A stretch of 63,303 bases of DNA, counting the filler, from Dimorphilus gyrociliatus (taxonomy: Eukaryota > Animalia > Annelida): assembly GCA_904063045.1 (NCBI GenBank). It is 3 parts of 3 records of this genome, joined end to end, with 100 filler letters (N's around TTAATTAATTAA, not from the genome) between each part and the next. Parts side by side here need not be neighbours in the genome. Positions count along the whole stretch, not along the records: positions 1 to 23,008 come from CAJFCJ010000178.1; positions 23,109 to 47,290 come from CAJFCJ010000168.1; 1 more part is not named here. One strand, written 5' to 3'. How positions within the stretch are numbered: position 1 is the stretch's first letter; each line of letters starts with the position of its first letter. A program made the translations under genes and the position numbers. The notes below the pieces were generated by a model. It was not told where the DNA came from, made no database searches, and saw only the letters and a list, made by a program, of their open reading frames with translations. Below are positions 12,761-23,759 of this stretch, piece after piece.

Positions 12761-13491
12761 TAATGATTCTATACACAGAACCGAAACAGTCAGAGACGTT
12801 CTCAGAACAAGTAATATTTCATTTAAGTTTCTTTCACCATATTCTTCATACTTCAATCCCATTGAGAATGTATTTTCAGTAGTAAATTCAAAAGTTTCTA
12901 GTAAAAGACCCGTGGCAACAAATAGTTCTATATTAAAAAGTTATATAATTGAGGCCATTGATTCTTTTAATGAGAATGACAAAATGTTTTTCGTAGTTTC
13001 TATCTTAAAATGTGTTAAAATCTAAATAGTACGTTAAAACAATAAAAGTAACATTTAAATGCAATATTCTATTAATTTTAAAACAATTTTTAAAATTTCC
13101 ATTTTACTCCCGAAGTTGTCTATTTTCCCCCTGATAGCTCTGTAAACTATCAAGTATAGTCTATAAACACGTTGAAAAACAGTTGTAGTCTTAAAGCTAA
13201 GGGATATAGAAACGTGTGTTTTAAAATAAGAAAAAGCTATATAAAAGCTAAAAATAATGATATCTTATAAATAAAACAATTTAGATTAACATAAATATTA
13301 ATTGAGCCTGTCTAAATTTATATACATTTATAGAAAACTACAATGATATAAAAGAATAGAATAAATAAATTATAAATTGAAGATAGAAGTAATTTTTATT
13401 CAAAATTAATAAACTAGCGTTCTATTTATGCAAAAAAAATTAATTTTATTAAAAAAATGTTTTTTTATAAAAATATAGATAAAAGAGGGGT

Positions 13492-13746
13492 ATGAGTGAA
13501 GAAGAAAACTATAAAAATAGAATTAAAAAATTAAAACATATAGCTTTAGACATAAACAATATAAGTGATAGACAATCTAAAAAAATAGAGAATAATTACC
13601 AAAATATATTATTAGCAATGAGTAAAGCTATGAACAAAGTAAAAGACATAAGTTTAGTAGGCAAAAATAGATTTTCTGTTAATTTCTATTTGTTTTTAAT
13701 GAGTTTAGTTTTTATTTTTATTTTGTTTTTAATTATTCTGTATTAA
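13492..13746 (+). CDS. Small tail-anchored Qc-SNARE, Bet1/Sft1-like
   Basis: IKKLKHIALDINNISDRQSKKIE resembles the Bet1 SNARE helix with central Q. C-terminal hydrophobic anchor. GGGG two bases before ATG. Confidence 0.6.
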   Translation: MSEEENYKNRIKKLKHIALDINNISDRQSKKIENNYQNILLAMSKAMNKVKDISLVGKNRFSVNFYLFLMSLVFIFILFLIILY

Positions 13747-14200
13747 ATAGGAGATTATAATAAAAAATTAGAACTATACAAAGTTTTATTAATTTTACAA
13801 TTCTGGTTATAAATTTATCTTATATATCATCATATCATCATCATATATATAAAAAGACAAAATTGGGGCTAGAAATCAAAATCTTAAACCTCTAAAAATA
13901 CGACTTAGAACTTCTGTAAAACATGTATATTGTTTATCTCTTAATTCTAAAACTCTTGGTTAACTATTATTCAACTTAATAAAGTATAATTTTTCAAATA
14001 AATTCATAAAACATATAAACATCATTTATTGAAGACAATTTTATTACAACCAAACGTAAATAAAACTATGAATAATTTGTATTAATTAAATTCATACCTA
14101 ATTTGGTAAATATTAAAAGAACTATTTATACTTCCAAATATGGAAACGAATTTTCTGAAAAAAATAATAGTATAAATAAAATCATTTTAAAACAACCCAT

Positions 14201-17200
14201 ATGTTTTCTAAAAAAAATAATAAGCTTCTTAATTTAAAGTTAAAACTTTCTGATGCAGACACACAAAATGTTTCATCAAATATTGATCATCATGTTACTA
14301 ATGGTGGTCATTCCAAATCTGTTTGTAGTTGTGCTATAAACAAAAATAAAGTCATTTTTAAAAATAATCTTTTTATCAAAAAAGAGGCTGATCCGTGCTT
14401 TTTATGCATGAATGATGACAAATTATCACCTCTTAAAGTTATTTTTAAAATTAATAAAATCACTGAAAATGTGATTAATGACACTGAGAATAAAGTCCAA
14501 GAACACTACTGTGGAAGAATGGACAAAATATGTAGTTTCTGTAATTCTTTAAATTTTGAAGATGAAAGAACTACTAACAAAATATTTAAAAGCTGTTGCC
14601 ATGGTGGTAAGGTAGACATACAGAGTAGAGCAGATTATCCTGTATATCTAAAAGATCTGTTGACAAATAAGAAAAATAAAGACCACAAAAACTTTAAAAA
14701 ATATATTAGATCTTATAACAGTGCCGTATCTTTTGCTTCATTTGGTGCTAAGACTAATAAGCATAGTGGTGGTCCATATTGTCTGAAGATACATGGCCAA
14801 ACTTACCATCACAGTTACCATCCCTTATCTAATAATGGAGACAGCCAAAAGAAATATGCGCAGCTATATGTTGTCGATAATGAAATGGCAACTAATATAA
14901 GATTAAATAATAAAGCAAACGTAGGCTGTCAAAAAAACATCTTACAAAACCTGGATAATTTAATGAGAGAGTCAAATCCATTTGCTAAAAGTTATAAAAA
15001 TATCTCTCAGATCGAAAAAGAAACATCGACAGGCCACCTCAATATTGAGTTGGTAGATAATAGCAGGCAAAAAGGACTGCTTAAGAAGAGATTCAGTACC
15101 AAAAAGGCAGACGAAATAGCAATGGTATTTAATGACTCTAATGGAGAACCACCAATGGATCGAGATATAAAGGTGTATCCAAAAGAAAATATATTTAGTG
15201 AAAAAATAGATATACTAAGTGATAATCTCGATCCAATGGTATACTCATTATTTTATCCATATGGTGAAAAGGGATGGTGTACAAACCTAACAAATGGTGG
15301 TAAAAAGATATCCATGCTGCAGCACAAAGTATCACAACTGCAGCCAGACTAAATGAATTTAATCCTCTATTATATGGCTCAAGACTATTCCAGCAATGGG
15401 TCATAGACTCTTATCTACAGGTAGAAGCCAATAATTTAAACTATATAAGACTCAATCAAAACAAATTGAGAGTTGAAAAATATAGAGGATTAATGGATAG
15501 TCTAAATAATGATACAGAGGATATAGGGAAACCAATTATATTACCATCAACCTTCCAAGGCTCTCCGCGTAATATGAGAGAGATATATAACGACGCAATG
15601 GCAATAGTTGGGAAGTATGGAAAGCCAGATCTTTTCATAACAATGACATGTAATCCCAACTGGAAGGAAATAAAAGAAACCCTCTTTGATAGCCAAACAG
15701 CATCTGACAGGCCAGATTTAGTAGCTCGAGTATTTAAATTAAAACTATACGAGCTTAAAAAAGACTTAATTAAAAATAAAATATTTGGTAAAATAGAGGC
15801 TTTTATATATACCATTGAGTTCCAGAAAAGAGGCCTTCCACATGCTCATATACTAATTATTCTGGATAAAAAAAATAAAATAGAAACAGTTGAGCAAATA
15901 AACAAAGTGGTATCTGCAGAGATACCTTATAATGATCAAATTCTAAAATCTAAAGTACTCAAACATATGATACATGGTCCCTGTGGGGAAACAAACCCAA
16001 GTTCGCCATGCATGGAAAATGGTGAATGTACTAAGGAGTATCCCAAGCAACACTGTGAGGATACTAAGGTTGGAGATAACTGTTATCCAACTTACATGAG
16101 AAGAAAGGGACATGTATATAAATATAAAAAATACACAGTCGACAATAGAAATGTTGTTCCATACAACAAGTACTTATTACTGAAATACAATTGTCATATA
16201 AATGTTGAAATCTGCTCAAGTATAAAATCAGTAAAGTATATTTTTAAATATGTATATAAAGGCTATGACTGTGCAAATATAAAATTATTTAATGGTAATG
16301 AGATTGAGCAGTATCTCAGCACCAGATATATGAGTGCACCAGAAGCAATGTGGAGGCTTCTTGAACACAAAATGCATGATAAGTCCCATGCAATAATAAG
16401 ACTACCTGTTCATCTTCCTGAACAACAAAATATAATATTTAATGAGGACTTTACAAAGGAGGAAATAAAAAAAAAACCAAAATTTCCACTAAATTAATGG
16501 CATGGTTTGAGTTAAATAGAGCAGATAAAGATGCCAATAAATATTTATACACCGAAATTCCTTTGTATTATACGTTTGAAAAAGGCCTCTGGAAGAAAAG
16601 ACAGAGAAATTTAACAAATATAATTCCTCGAATGTATACAGTCACACCTAATGATAGAGAAAGATTCTATCTAAGAATGATACTATTACATGTAAAAGGT
16701 GCCAAGTCATTCAATGACTTATTAACAATAAATAAAATTAAGCATAAATCATTTGAGGAAGCAGCAGAGGCATTGGGATTACTATCTACTGATAGTGAGT
16801 GGTATAGGTGCATGGAAGAGGCATGTATGACACTGAAGCCTCAACAAATAAGACACATTTTTGCTTATATATGTGTATTCAATAGACCTCATAATACGAG
16901 GAAGCTCTTCTATGATTTCATAGAAGACATGACAGAGGACTTTCAAGATGATGCTGAAAATCAAGCATTGATTGAAATTGAAAACATATTTAAACTACAC
17001 AGTTTTAATTGTGATACTTTTAACTTACCATCTCCCACAAAACTTGAGTCGCCAAAAATAATAAATAAAGATAAAAAATAGAAAATTACTTATCAAATTA
17101 TAGTTTATTTAATGGGAACAGAGGATTGTTTTGATAAAATCATCAAAAGACTTGAAACAGGAGATGATAAGCGTTTTATGTTCCTTGACGGACCAGGTGG

Positions 17201-18438
17201 CTCAGGAAAGTCCTTCCTATATGAAACACTGATCAATTATTTAGAAAGCAACGATAAATCAGTGATAATATCTGCAACAACAGGAATAGCCGCAGATATA
17301 TTCGAAAATGGCAGAACACTCCATTCCACATTCAAACTGCCCATACCATTATATGAAAACAGTAGATCATCAATGGATATTAATTCAAAGCATGCAGAAA
17401 CTTTAAAAGAAGCATCACTTATTATCATAGATGAGGTTAGCATGATGTCAAAACATGCTTTACATGCCATTGATGATTTACTGAAGAGAATTTGTAAAAA
17501 CAATAAGCTGTTTGGTAATAAATTTATATTACTCGGTGGTGATTTCAGACAGACTGCCAATATTGTTGTGAATGGTAATAAAAATGATATAATTGAGAAC
17601 TCAATAAAAAGCTCTCCTCTGGAAATATGTTAGTATATTAAATTAAAAGAAAATATGAGAGCTATCAAACAAATAAAATTTAATAAGTGGTTAATGAAAG
17701 TTGGAAATGGAAAAACAAGCTTAAAAGTACCAAAAAAATATATGAAAATAAAAATTTAATAAAACAAATATTTGGTAGTAAAATAGATAACAACAATGAT
17801 ATAGCCAACAGAGTAATCTTGAAACAAAAAACGAGTTCTCAAATAAGATAAACATGATATAATTAATTTAATTAGTGGAGATGAAAGAGTTTATTTAAGC
17901 TCTGATTCTGTGGTTTCAGATGATCAAGACTCAAAAAATAATTATACCACTGAATTTCTAAACAAACAACAGCTCTGAACTCCTCATGAATTGAGACTTA
18001 AAGTAGGATCTATCGTAATGCTAATAAGAAATATAGATCCAAAAAATGGACTTTTAAATGGAACTAGAATGGTTATACAGGAAATGCATGACCATATAAT
18101 TAAATGTGAAATACTTAAAGGTAATAATAAAGGAAGTGTTTGTGTTATACCGAGGATTGATATAGCACCCAGTGAAACACAGCTGCCTTTCGTATTAAAA
18201 AGGAGACAGTTCCCAATAATACCAGCATTCGCAATGACTATTCATAAAGCACAAGGACAGTCATTTGATAAAGTTGGTCTTTATTTACCACAGCCTGTTT
18301 TTGCACATGGTCAATTATATGTAGCTCTTTCTAGAGTAAAAGATAACAATAATTTAAAAATTTTATTGAAAAGGAGGCACAAACCATGAAAAGGGGAAAG
18401 TATACATTGATAATGTTGTTTACAAAGAGCTATTATAA
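14201..18438 (+). pseudogene. Helitron Rep/PIF1-helicase (RepHel), fragmented into at least 5 ORFs
   Basis: Cys-rich CSFC..SCC; Rep motifs PDLFITMTCNP, IEFQKRGLPHAH, KYIFKYVYKG; helicase motifs DGPGGSGKS, IDEVSM, GGDFRQ, AMTIHKAQGQS, HGQLYVALSRV. Confidence 0.93.
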
Positions 18439-18480
18439 AGAAGAAAAATTGTTTATATAATGATAGTTTATTTATTCAAC

Positions 18481-18514
18481 CACCTGTTTTTAAAACGGGT
18501 GCTAAGCTTACTAG
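18481..18514 (+). terminator. Helitron 3' rolling-circle termination signal (hairpin + CTAG)
   Basis: Stem-loop 18481-18501 and CTAG 18511-18514, matching canonical Helitron geometry. Confidence 0.85.
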
Positions 18515-19579
18515 TAATATATAAAATATAAAAATATAAATATATTAATAAATATAAAGTTATATTAACACGTATATAATAAATCAAAAAGCTCTATTAT
18601 AATATAAATATATAATATATAATACTATATATTTATTAATAGTAAATAATAATAATAAAATTATTTAAATTTTTTTCTAATTAACTAATTAATTAATAGA
18701 ATATATATTTATCAATACTGATGTGTATACATCAACTACAAAGATATTCTTTTACTTAAGTTTTGACTGATAAATGAAATTTCAGAGATTTGAACTTTCT
18801 TAAAATGACATCATACTCTATTTAAAAGAAAAATATCTCTTCAATCGATGGGTACGCAAAGAAAACCTTTCAACTTGACCAAGAAGGAAGTAACTGCTTG
18901 TATAGCCATGCTAGAGCTAAATAACTTTCAAAGACTAAAAAACAATCCTGTAGAAAAATTTAGGAAGAATGTCTTTCAGACTAACTTCTTAAACAACGTA
19001 TACAAGATCTGCAAATTCCCTTCAACAAATACACGCAAGAATATTGGATTGATAATCGGTGTTCTACCTAGAGTTATACAAGTTTGGTTTCAGAATAAAA
19101 GACAGAAAAATAAAAATATTGTTGATGACGAATCGGTTCATGTGGATTATAGTGGGTTTTGAGATTATAGTGGGTTTTTGAAAATTTTTAAAAATTAAAA
19201 AATTAAAAAAATTAAAAAAATTGAATTTTAATTGAGTCCGTCAAATTCGATTTCATAAGCATTACTTGATAATAAAATAAACATTTCATTCAATCTTTTA
19301 AATTTATCAAACTTTTTAAACCAAATACATTGTAAGAGATAAAAGAATTGCAAATCTTTACAATTTGTATGTTTTCTTATATGCCTTTTCGTAACACTCC
19401 ATAAACATTCAATGTTTTGGGTGTGTATTTCCGGATCATCTGGACTTACAAAGAATCTATCATGGTTAATAGTATCATGTAGTAGCTCATCTTCTAGCTG
19501 TCCCAATGCAGATCTATAGGCTTTCCATTGATCTGTTATAATCTTTGTTCCTGGTAAAATATTTTCTAAAATAATATTT

Positions 19580-20567
19580 GGTAAAAGGGATTTTTGGGGT
19601 ACAGCTATATTTGCTTCTTAAAAAAAATAAACATATTTTTAGATTTAAAACGTTTTTTTATTAATTTTCATCCGAGCCAAAATTTTAAAAAAGGATTTTC
19701 CGTTTTTAGAAATAAATAGTCTTTGATATATGATTTTATATTTGGTTTTATGTTACTCCCTCTTGTTTTTAAATAGTATTTGAGCCATTTCCATTGATTT
19801 TCTATGTTCTGAGTATGCTTTTCTCTGTTTTCAGGGTCTACAAATACATCTTTGTGTTTAATAGTAAAATGACCATATTCAAGTAACTTCACTCCATTAT
19901 AGCCTTTCCACTCGTCAGTTATAATAACTGAATATTCTTCTACATTCTTTATTATTATTTTAGATAATGTTTCTTCATCTCTTTTTGTGACAACCTCAAA
20001 GAAACACTCTTTTGTAGCTCTACAGAAACCACCTACTACCCATATCTGCTCTATTATTCTTCCTTTGTTATTTTTCCTTTTACTGACGGCACTCTCATCA
20101 ATTTCAATAATTCTACCGCCGCCCCCTATTTTTTTTTCTGAAAAGTCATCATATCGTCTACGAATAATTTTTAAAATACTATTATATAATGTTTTGGTGA
20201 TGTTATATTCATTATAAATTTGGATTGGTGGTGTTTTAATGCTCCATTCATATATTATAAAAATGATGTTTTTTAACGATGATTTAATATTGTCGAAATA
20301 AGACATCTTACGTATAGAAACTTTTATATTATTACATTTTCTCGTCTTACAAAGCCAAATGAAACCATCTATGTTATGATGTGGTACCAAAACCATCGCC
20401 TTTTTACAGCTTTTACACAAAAATTTTTTCTTCAATAAACCCAAATCCATCATCCATGATAAAAATCTACTCGGATCAAATGAAATAGTAAATAATTCTA
20501 ATCTCGAAAATACCATTGGGGTTAAATATTAAGCAAATATAGCTGTACCCCAAAAATCCTTTTTACC
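19580..20567 (-). mobile_element. Merlin element family A, copy 2 (988 bp)
   Basis: Same 37-bp TIRs as copy 1. 8-bp TSD TAATATTT (19572-19579, 20568-20575). Confidence 0.95.
19668..20516 (-). CDS. ISXO2/Merlin DDE transposase, essentially intact
   Basis: CKSC..CKTRKC, IDES, TDEWKGY, HTQNIE. C-terminus differs from copy 1 by a 1-bp T-run indel. Confidence 0.9.
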   Translation of the reverse strand: MVFSRLELFTISFDPSRFLSWMMDLGLLKKKFLCKSCKKAMVLVPHHNIDGFIWLCKTRKCNNIKVSIRKMSYFDNIKSSLKNIIFIIYEWSIKTPPIQIYNEYNITKTLYNSILKIIRRRYDDFSEKKIGGGGRIIEIDESAVSKRKNNKGRIIEQIWVVGGFCRATKECFFEVVTKRDEETLSKIIIKNVEEYSVIITDEWKGYNGVKLLEYGHFTIKHKDVFVDPENREKHTQNIENQWKWLKYYLKTRGSNIKPNIKSYIKDYLFLKTENPFLKFWLG

Positions 20568-22455
20568 TAATATTTTTTATCGTTTGTGTTCTTCTATCAG
20601 GAACCTCAATTACAAATATGTTGCTTGTTCCCCGTTCTATTCCTCCTATATACCACCTCTGTTCTAACAATCTGCCTCTATTATATTTTCTTTTAAAGAA
20701 AAGGCTTTCATCCATTTCAACTATAGTAGGTTCTCCATTTTCATTGATTCCGCCTATTTGGCTTGTATTCTGTTGTATATTATAAGCTATGGCTTCTAAA
20801 ATAATTTTTTCCCATTTAGTTACAGATGCTCGATCTAAACCTGAGTCATGTGCTATAACTTCTTTTTGTACTGCATATAGAAGTTTTTGGATTATTTTTA
20901 GAATTGTTTTTAAATTTAAACGTGATTTAAAAAAAAAGCTACCATATCTTACTGAGCGTTTCTTCTTACATATTCGACAGACAAATCTATATCCATCAAT
21001 AATTTTTATTTCTTTATGTAAAAACATATAAATGCTACAACTATCGCACTTTTGTCGATTATTTATTAAACGCCAGCGTGCCATAAAATTAAGTAGGTCT
21101 TTTTTATCAAATATTGTTTCAAAGTAATCAGAACGTAAATTTGTATTTTTTATAGTGAAAAACGAAAATATTTCTGCTTCAGGTATAATATAATTTAAAT
21201 TTTTGGAAAATGACATTTATTAAAGGGAGGGTCCTTAAAAATTTTCAAAAACCCACTATAATCTCAAAAACCCACTATAATCCACATTAACCGACGAATC
21301 TTGTGACTTTAGCTCGGAAGTAGACGAAATGAATACTGAAGTAAGTATTATTAAGTTATTGATTATATATGAAAATATACTTAAAAAACATGATTTTGGC
21401 TTTTTTTGTATCTTATTTTGTTAGAGATACCACAAATTGTTATTCTTGTTTTTGAAATACAAATTAGTAAGATCGTTACTAAAAATGAATAAAAATTTTT
21501 GAGTTGAAAATTTCACTTTTTTAATTTCCTGTTTTAGTTAAGTTATTTTTAAAATTAATTTCTCTTTTTGTAAAAATTATATTTATTTTCCTTTTTCCTG
21601 TTTTAGATAAGTTATTCTTTATATAAAATTTCCTATTTAATAAATTATTTTTAAAAATACGTAATATTAATATTTTAAAATATATAACAAACTACTTAAA
21701 AATACGTATAAAATCTTTATATAAACTACTTTTAAACTATTTATATTTAAAAATATGTATACACTCTTTAAAAATAAATAATTAATATAACTGTTTTTGT
21801 ATATTGTTGATCTTATATTATAGAACTATATCAATAAATAATGATATCATAATATTCCGTTTTTAGATAATTATATAATATTCCATTTTTATATACATTT
21901 ATAAATAAAAGGTAATAAAAATTGCTTATTTAAAATAAACAGTTATTTCTTCTATTTGAAATATACATTTAAAAAAAGTGTAGAATATTTAATATACGTA
22001 TTAAATATTGATATAAATTGCCTTAAAGCATTTATTCTATCAAAAGAATTCAACAATGGTGTTATTACAAAATTCTGGAGGGTTATTTTCTTAAGATCTT
22101 TAAGAAATTAAAAAAGCAAATTAAAATAAAAAAATACTTTCTAGGAAGAACTAAATAAATAATTAAAATCTATATTAGATATATAATAGATATTAGTATT
22201 ATATAGATGTATTAAAATATATACAATTGTTTATATATATCATATATAGCTTTTATATTTCTTTTTATAGAAAAACGTTACCAAAAAATTGACATTAGAA
22301 ATATTTTCTTTGATTTTTTTAAAAATCGCTAAAAAACTGTTTTGTAAAAATTATTTATATGTTATTCTTTGAGTATTTTTTTTAGCCATTTAAAGAATAA
22401 AATATTTCTATTATGATCAAAATTAATAGTATAATATAACTATCTTATTTAATAA

Positions 22456-23008
22456 CTAAATATAATTGATATTTATGTTTATTAGAAAATAGAAAAAATT
22501 TTTTAATATTTTGAAGAAATAAACAACGTGTTTATCAAATTCTTCTAAAATTAAAAGAATGCCTTTCGAATTGCAGATTATAATCTTACTTTTAATATTT
22601 TTGCTTAACCTCCCAAAAAATAATAAAATGCGTGCTAGAGTTCCATCTTTGATCTTATAAAAGGACACAGTAAGTTCACTCTTTACAAGTATGTAATCAT
22701 AATAAATCCAAAAGCTTGGAAAGGGCTGTAGAGTATAACGGCAATAGCAAATTTCTCCGGTTTTCAATTTATACTTTGATATAATATTGCTTCTACTTCC
22801 ACATATTAAATCCTTTTCTATTTTAACCTCTCTTATCTCTCCCGTTTCTCTAACTCCTATTAGTTTAAGATAATAGTGTATACCTGAGTTTCTATACCCA
22901 AACGCTAAAAATGGATATTTATAAGAATGTCCTATAAGATTCAGCTTGTGTTTAAGTATACCATTTATCGTATATATACGTGCTATACCATCGATAGAAG
23001 CAGCACAG
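22456..23008 (-). CDS. Partial, fragmented hypothetical gene at the contig end, possibly WD40-like
   Basis: Minus frame from the contig end reads CAASIDGIARIYTING..., followed by ORF 22456-22767. Confidence 0.2.
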
Positions 23009-23108
23009 NNNNNNNNNNNNNNNNNNNNNNNNNNNNNNNNNNNNNNNNNNNNTTAATTAATTAANNNNNNNNNNNNNNNNNNNNNNNNNNNNNNNNNNNN
23101 NNNNNNNN
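23009..23108. other. Artificial contig linker
   Basis: 44 N + TTAATTAATTAA (stops in all six frames) + 44 N = 100 bp. Identical at 47291. Confidence 0.98.
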
Positions 23109-23280
23109 TTGATCAACCATTATTGAATGAACATAAAATTATAAAGATATTGCTTCAAGGTAGAAATAATGCAAATATTAATTTAAAGCTGTTGGTGATA
23201 CTATGGTACATGTGAATAGAATTTTTTTTTAATCATATTAATGTTTCTAATTATGCTTTTTTTTCTTTCTTTCTTTATAG

Positions 23281-23492
23281 AGATGAGTATAACTTTGGCA
23301 ATATGATGTTTCTGCTGCATCTGCTTTGGAATTTTATCAATATACAACAGTTTAAAAAGTAGAGAAGCAAAATGAATTGGTAATACTGAAGAAGGTATTA
23401 GAAGGGCAAGATATGCAATTGTTTGTTCTTTTATAGCTATAGTAGGAGGCTTAATTGTTTCTTTGCATGTCTTATGGCAACATTACATCTAG
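23281..23492 (+). pseudogene. CD225/dispanin-like terminal exon with two in-frame TGA codons
   Basis: After pyrimidine tract and AG: MSITLAI*CFCCICFGILSIYNSLKSREAK*IGNTEEGIRRARYAIVCSFIAIVGGLIVSLHVLWQHYI*. Confidence 0.5.
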
Positions 23493-23759
23493 TAGTATAA
23501 ACAGACTTCTCTATAAGGATGTTGTAGTATTATTTTAATACAACTCTTTAAAAATATCTATAACAAATATAGGCTGGCATTTTTGGTTATTTACTCTATG
23601 ATTTTAGGATTCAAATTTAAATAATATATTTGTACTGGAAGAGAATCCTCTTAAATTATCAACTCTGGTTAAACATTTTTCCTTATTCAGAGAATAGCAT
23701 CCTTTTAATCTTTTTAATTTGATTTGCTGAATTTGTCATCAATGTTTCTTTTGTAGAAA

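Larger units (their letters stand above)
11145..12960 (+). pseudogene. Tc1/IS630 transposase, split
   Basis: Fragments 11145-11471 and 11632-11771 end in LIMDN(D). After the insert the frame resumes SIHRTETV...LSPYSSYFNPIENVFS. Confidence 0.75.
10949..13142 (+). mobile_element. Tc1/IS630-like element interrupted by a Merlin insertion
   Basis: Imperfect ~50-bp TIRs (TAGAGCTATCAGGGGGGAAATGG / TATTTTCCCCCTGATAGCTCTG). TA TSD at 10947-10948 and 13143-13144. Confidence 0.85.
13841..18514 (+). mobile_element. Helitron with both termini (~4.7 kb)
   Basis: 5' A|TCATATATATAAAA (alternative TC at 13835 or 13838). 3' hairpin CACCTGTTTT-T-AAAACGGGTG, 9 nt spacer, then CTAG|T. RepHel coding region inside. 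Confidence 0.88.
19228..21216 (-). pseudogene. Merlin-B transposase, open once the nested insert is removed
   Basis: CDSC..CRIC zinc ribbon; EMDES. Junction restores TIKN|IILENILPGTKIITDQWKAY...HTQNIE in frame. Confidence 0.88.
19135..21292 (-). mobile_element. Merlin element family B, host of Merlin-A copy 2
   Basis: ~57-bp TIRs starting GG, each with two GATTATAGTGGGTTTT(T)GA sub-repeats. 8-bp TSD GACGAATC (19127-19134, 21293-21300). Confidence 0.93.
18848..21424 (+). pseudogene. Microsporidian-type homeobox gene disrupted by nested Merlin elements
   Basis: KFPSTNTRKNIGLIIGVLPRVIQVWFQNKRQK. Removing 19135-21300 restores ...VDDES|CDFSSEVDEMNTEVSIIKLLIIYEN...FC* (TAG 21422-21424). Confidence 0.85.

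Noticed and set aside
23053-23064. TTAATTAATTAA as a biological motif
   Set aside because: Centred in exactly 44+44 N and repeated at 47335-47346; a six-frame-stop assembly linker.
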